NCBI RefSeq assembly: GCF_039654945.1
Contig: NW_027362015.1
Coordinates: 992,001-1,056,000, forward strand
Origin: Dendrobates tinctorius
Lineage: Eukaryota
Reading direction: 5' to 3'
DNA: 64,000 nt
The notes beneath the pieces are model-generated. The model had not been told where the DNA came from, searched no databases, and worked only from the letters and a program-made list of their open reading frames with translations. Below, one piece after another: positions 61,952 through 64,000 of the stretch; position 1 is the first letter of the stretch; the number at the start of each line of letters is the position of its first letter. The translations under genes were made by a program, and so were the position numbers.

Positions 61952-62151
61952 CTGTATTATACTCCAGAGCTGCACTCACTATTCTGCTGGTGCAGTCACT
62001 GTGTACATACATTACTGATCCTGAGTTACCTCCTGTATTATACTCCAGAGCTGCACTCACTATTCTGCTGGTGCAGTCACTGTGTACATACATTACTGAT
62101 CCTGAGATATATCCTGTATTACACTCCAGAGCTGCACTCACTATTCTGCTG
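61952..62151. repeat. 81-bp tandem repeat (~2.5 copies) filling BOP1 intron 11
   Basis: ACTCCAGAGCTGCACTCACTATTCTGCTG recurs at 61961, 62042 and 62123. Confidence 0.9.
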
Positions 62152-62165
62152 ATTGTTTTGCTCAG

Positions 62166-62346
62166 GGAGACCTCCGTTGTCATTGTGAACCCCGGCCTTG
62201 GAGACCGTCTTCTGTGCAGTTCCACTGATCAGCATTTAGAGGGGTATGAGGCACCGGAGGAGCAGAAGCAGCAGCCAGTGACCTGGGCGACCGCAGAGGG
62301 GGCAGATTATGACCAAGGACTTCGGCTCCGGCTTCTCCATGAGAAG
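62166..62346 (+). CDS. BOP1: BOP1 exon 12 (ETSVVIVNPGLGDRLLCS...LRLLHEK)
   Basis: NPGLGDRLL motif; frame consistent. Confidence 0.95.
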
Positions 62347-62419
62347 GTAGACCTTTCCATGACCAGCGCTGTTTGCTGTGGCCTCTGCTGCTTTTCACAC
62401 TTGGCTTCTACTCCCACAG

Positions 62420-62708
62420 GCAGTGAAGCAAGTCACGTGGCACGGGCGTGGGGATTATTTTGCAGTGGTCCTTCCAGATAATGGGAATTCTCAAGTCTTT
62501 ATTCATCAGCTCAGCCGCAGACGCAGCCAAAACCCTTTCCGCAAAAACAAAGGCCAAGTCCAGCGCGTCCAGTTCCACCCCACTCGCCCCTTCTTCTTTG
62601 TGGCCACACAGCGATACATCAGGGTCTACAATCTGCTGAAACAGGAGCTGACCAAGAAGCTACTCGCTAACTGCAAGTGGATCTCCAGCCTCGCTATCCA
62701 CCCTGCAG
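62420..62708 (+). CDS. BOP1: BOP1 exon 13 ([14 protein letters not shown]...SSLAIHPA)
   Basis: WD40 repeats including [14 protein letters not shown]; donor GTTAGC at 62709. Confidence 0.97.
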
Positions 62709-63964
62709 GTTAGCGGAGAATGATGGAGGCGCTACACTGCTGCAGTGTAAGCGGTGGTGGGTCACTCCAGGGGATGAGGTCAGAGCATTCACGTCTCACT
62801 CTGCAGGTGAGCGGAGAATGATGGGGGTACTACTCTGCTGCAGTGCAAGCGGTGGTGGGTCTCTCCAGGGGATGAAGTCAGAGCAGTCACTTCTCACCCT
62901 GCGGGTGAGCGGAGAATAATGGGGGTGCTACACTGCTGCAGTGTAAGCGGTGGTGGGTCTCTCCAGGGGATGAAGTCAGAGCAGTCACTTCTCACCCTGC
63001 AGGTGAGCGGAGAATGATGGGGGTGCTACACTGCTGCAGTGTAAGCGGTGGTGGATCTCTCCAGGGGATGAAGTCAGAGCAGTCACTTCTCACCCTGCAG
63101 GTGAGCGGAGAATGATGGGGGTGCTACACTGCTGCAGTGTAAGCAGTGGTGGGTCTCTCCAGGGGATGAAGTCAGAGCAGTCACTTCTCACCCTGCAGGT
63201 GAGTGGAGATGAAAGGGAGAGGGTTAAATTAACCCTTCACGGTTGAACCAGTGATGTCCAAATTATTCCACAGAGTGTTGCTAGCAACTCAAATGTCCAC
63301 ACGGAGACGGGGGATCGAGACAGATAACTAGTCCCCTTTATTTTAGTCACTTCTTTTATAATGTTTTGCTTAATTATGCAAAGTTCTCAACTACCAATAG
63401 CATCATTTCACTTTATAAGCCAATAATATTGCAAGAAAACCGGAAACTACATATATGTTTGTATCCAAATAGCATAGAAAGCAATATAATGGCATATTCT
63501 TCAGAGTTCTACACCCCCGGTTCCCTTATCTTGCACCTGATGAGAACAGTCTGGTTTCGTGACAGCCCATCCCAATTACAAAAATGTATCTTACAGCAAC
63601 AAAAATGGAGAAACGAAACCTTCAGAGAATGGATAAAACGAAACTTCAGCTTTGATTTTAGTTTTAACCCTTCACAGAGAATGATGGGGTTAATACTCTG
63701 CTGCAGTGTAAGCAGTGGTGGGTCTCTCCAGGGGATGAGGTCAGTGCAGTCACTTCTCACCCTGCAAGGTGAGCGGAGAATGATGGGGGTACTACTCTGC
63801 TGCAGTGTAAGCAGTGGTGGGTCTCTCCAGGGGATGAGGTCAGAGCAGTCTCTTCTCACCCTGCAGGTGAGTGGAGAATGATGGGGGTACTATGCTGCAG
63901 TGTAAGCGGTGGTGGGTCTCTCCAGGGGATGAGGTCAGAGGAGTCACTTCTCATGTCTTTCCAG
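62699..63964 (+). repeat. 98-bp tandem repeat x8 forming BOP1 intron 13
   Basis: Units start with GT at 62709, 62807, 62905, 63003, 63101, 63199, 63769 and 63867. Confidence 0.95.
63210..63676 (-). mobile_element. Solo LTR (467 bp)
   Basis: TG...CA ends with short inverted repeats (TGAAAGGG / CCCTTCACA); 4-bp TSD GAGA (63206-63209, 63677-63680). Minus-strand TATAAAA (63360-63354) precedes AATAAA (63342-63337). Confidence 0.8.
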
Positions 63965-64000
63965 GTGATAATCTGATCTATGGAAGTTATGATTCCAAGT
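63965..64000 (+). CDS. BOP1: BOP1 exon 14, partial (GDNLIYGSYDSK), truncated by window end
   Basis: TCTTTCCAG acceptor; continues HPA-GDNL..GSYD in frame. Confidence 0.92.

Overview
Eukaryotic vertebrate DNA, most likely an anuran (frog); this is inferred from the protein sequences and repeat types. The window holds the first 14 coding exons of BOP1 on the + strand (ribosome biogenesis WD40 protein; ATG at 5948, gene runs off the right edge). The two-exon bHLH gene SCX (scleraxis) is nested antisense in BOP1 intron 3, a known vertebrate arrangement. A CpG-rich, apparently bidirectional promoter lies at about 5.6-5.95 kb. Roughly half the window is about 16 unrelated minisatellite arrays. There are also nested transposons: a Helitron remnant, L2 and CR1 LINEs (one CR1 with intact ORF2), three Tc1/mariner elements, PIF/Harbinger-type MITEs, a Penelope-like fragment with a hammerhead motif and a solo LTR. 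Most long ORFs in the track are translations of tandem repeats. The most unusual structures are: (1) BOP1 intron 13 is eight tandem 98-bp GT...AG mini-introns joined mostly by AG|GT junctions, like recursive splice sites; (2) a ~12-kb inverted repeat made of two opposite 67-bp satellite arrays inside both the SCX and BOP1 introns; (3) a minisatellite between the SCX TATA box and ATG; (4) a minimal hammerhead ribozyme motif ~1 kb upstream of SCX.
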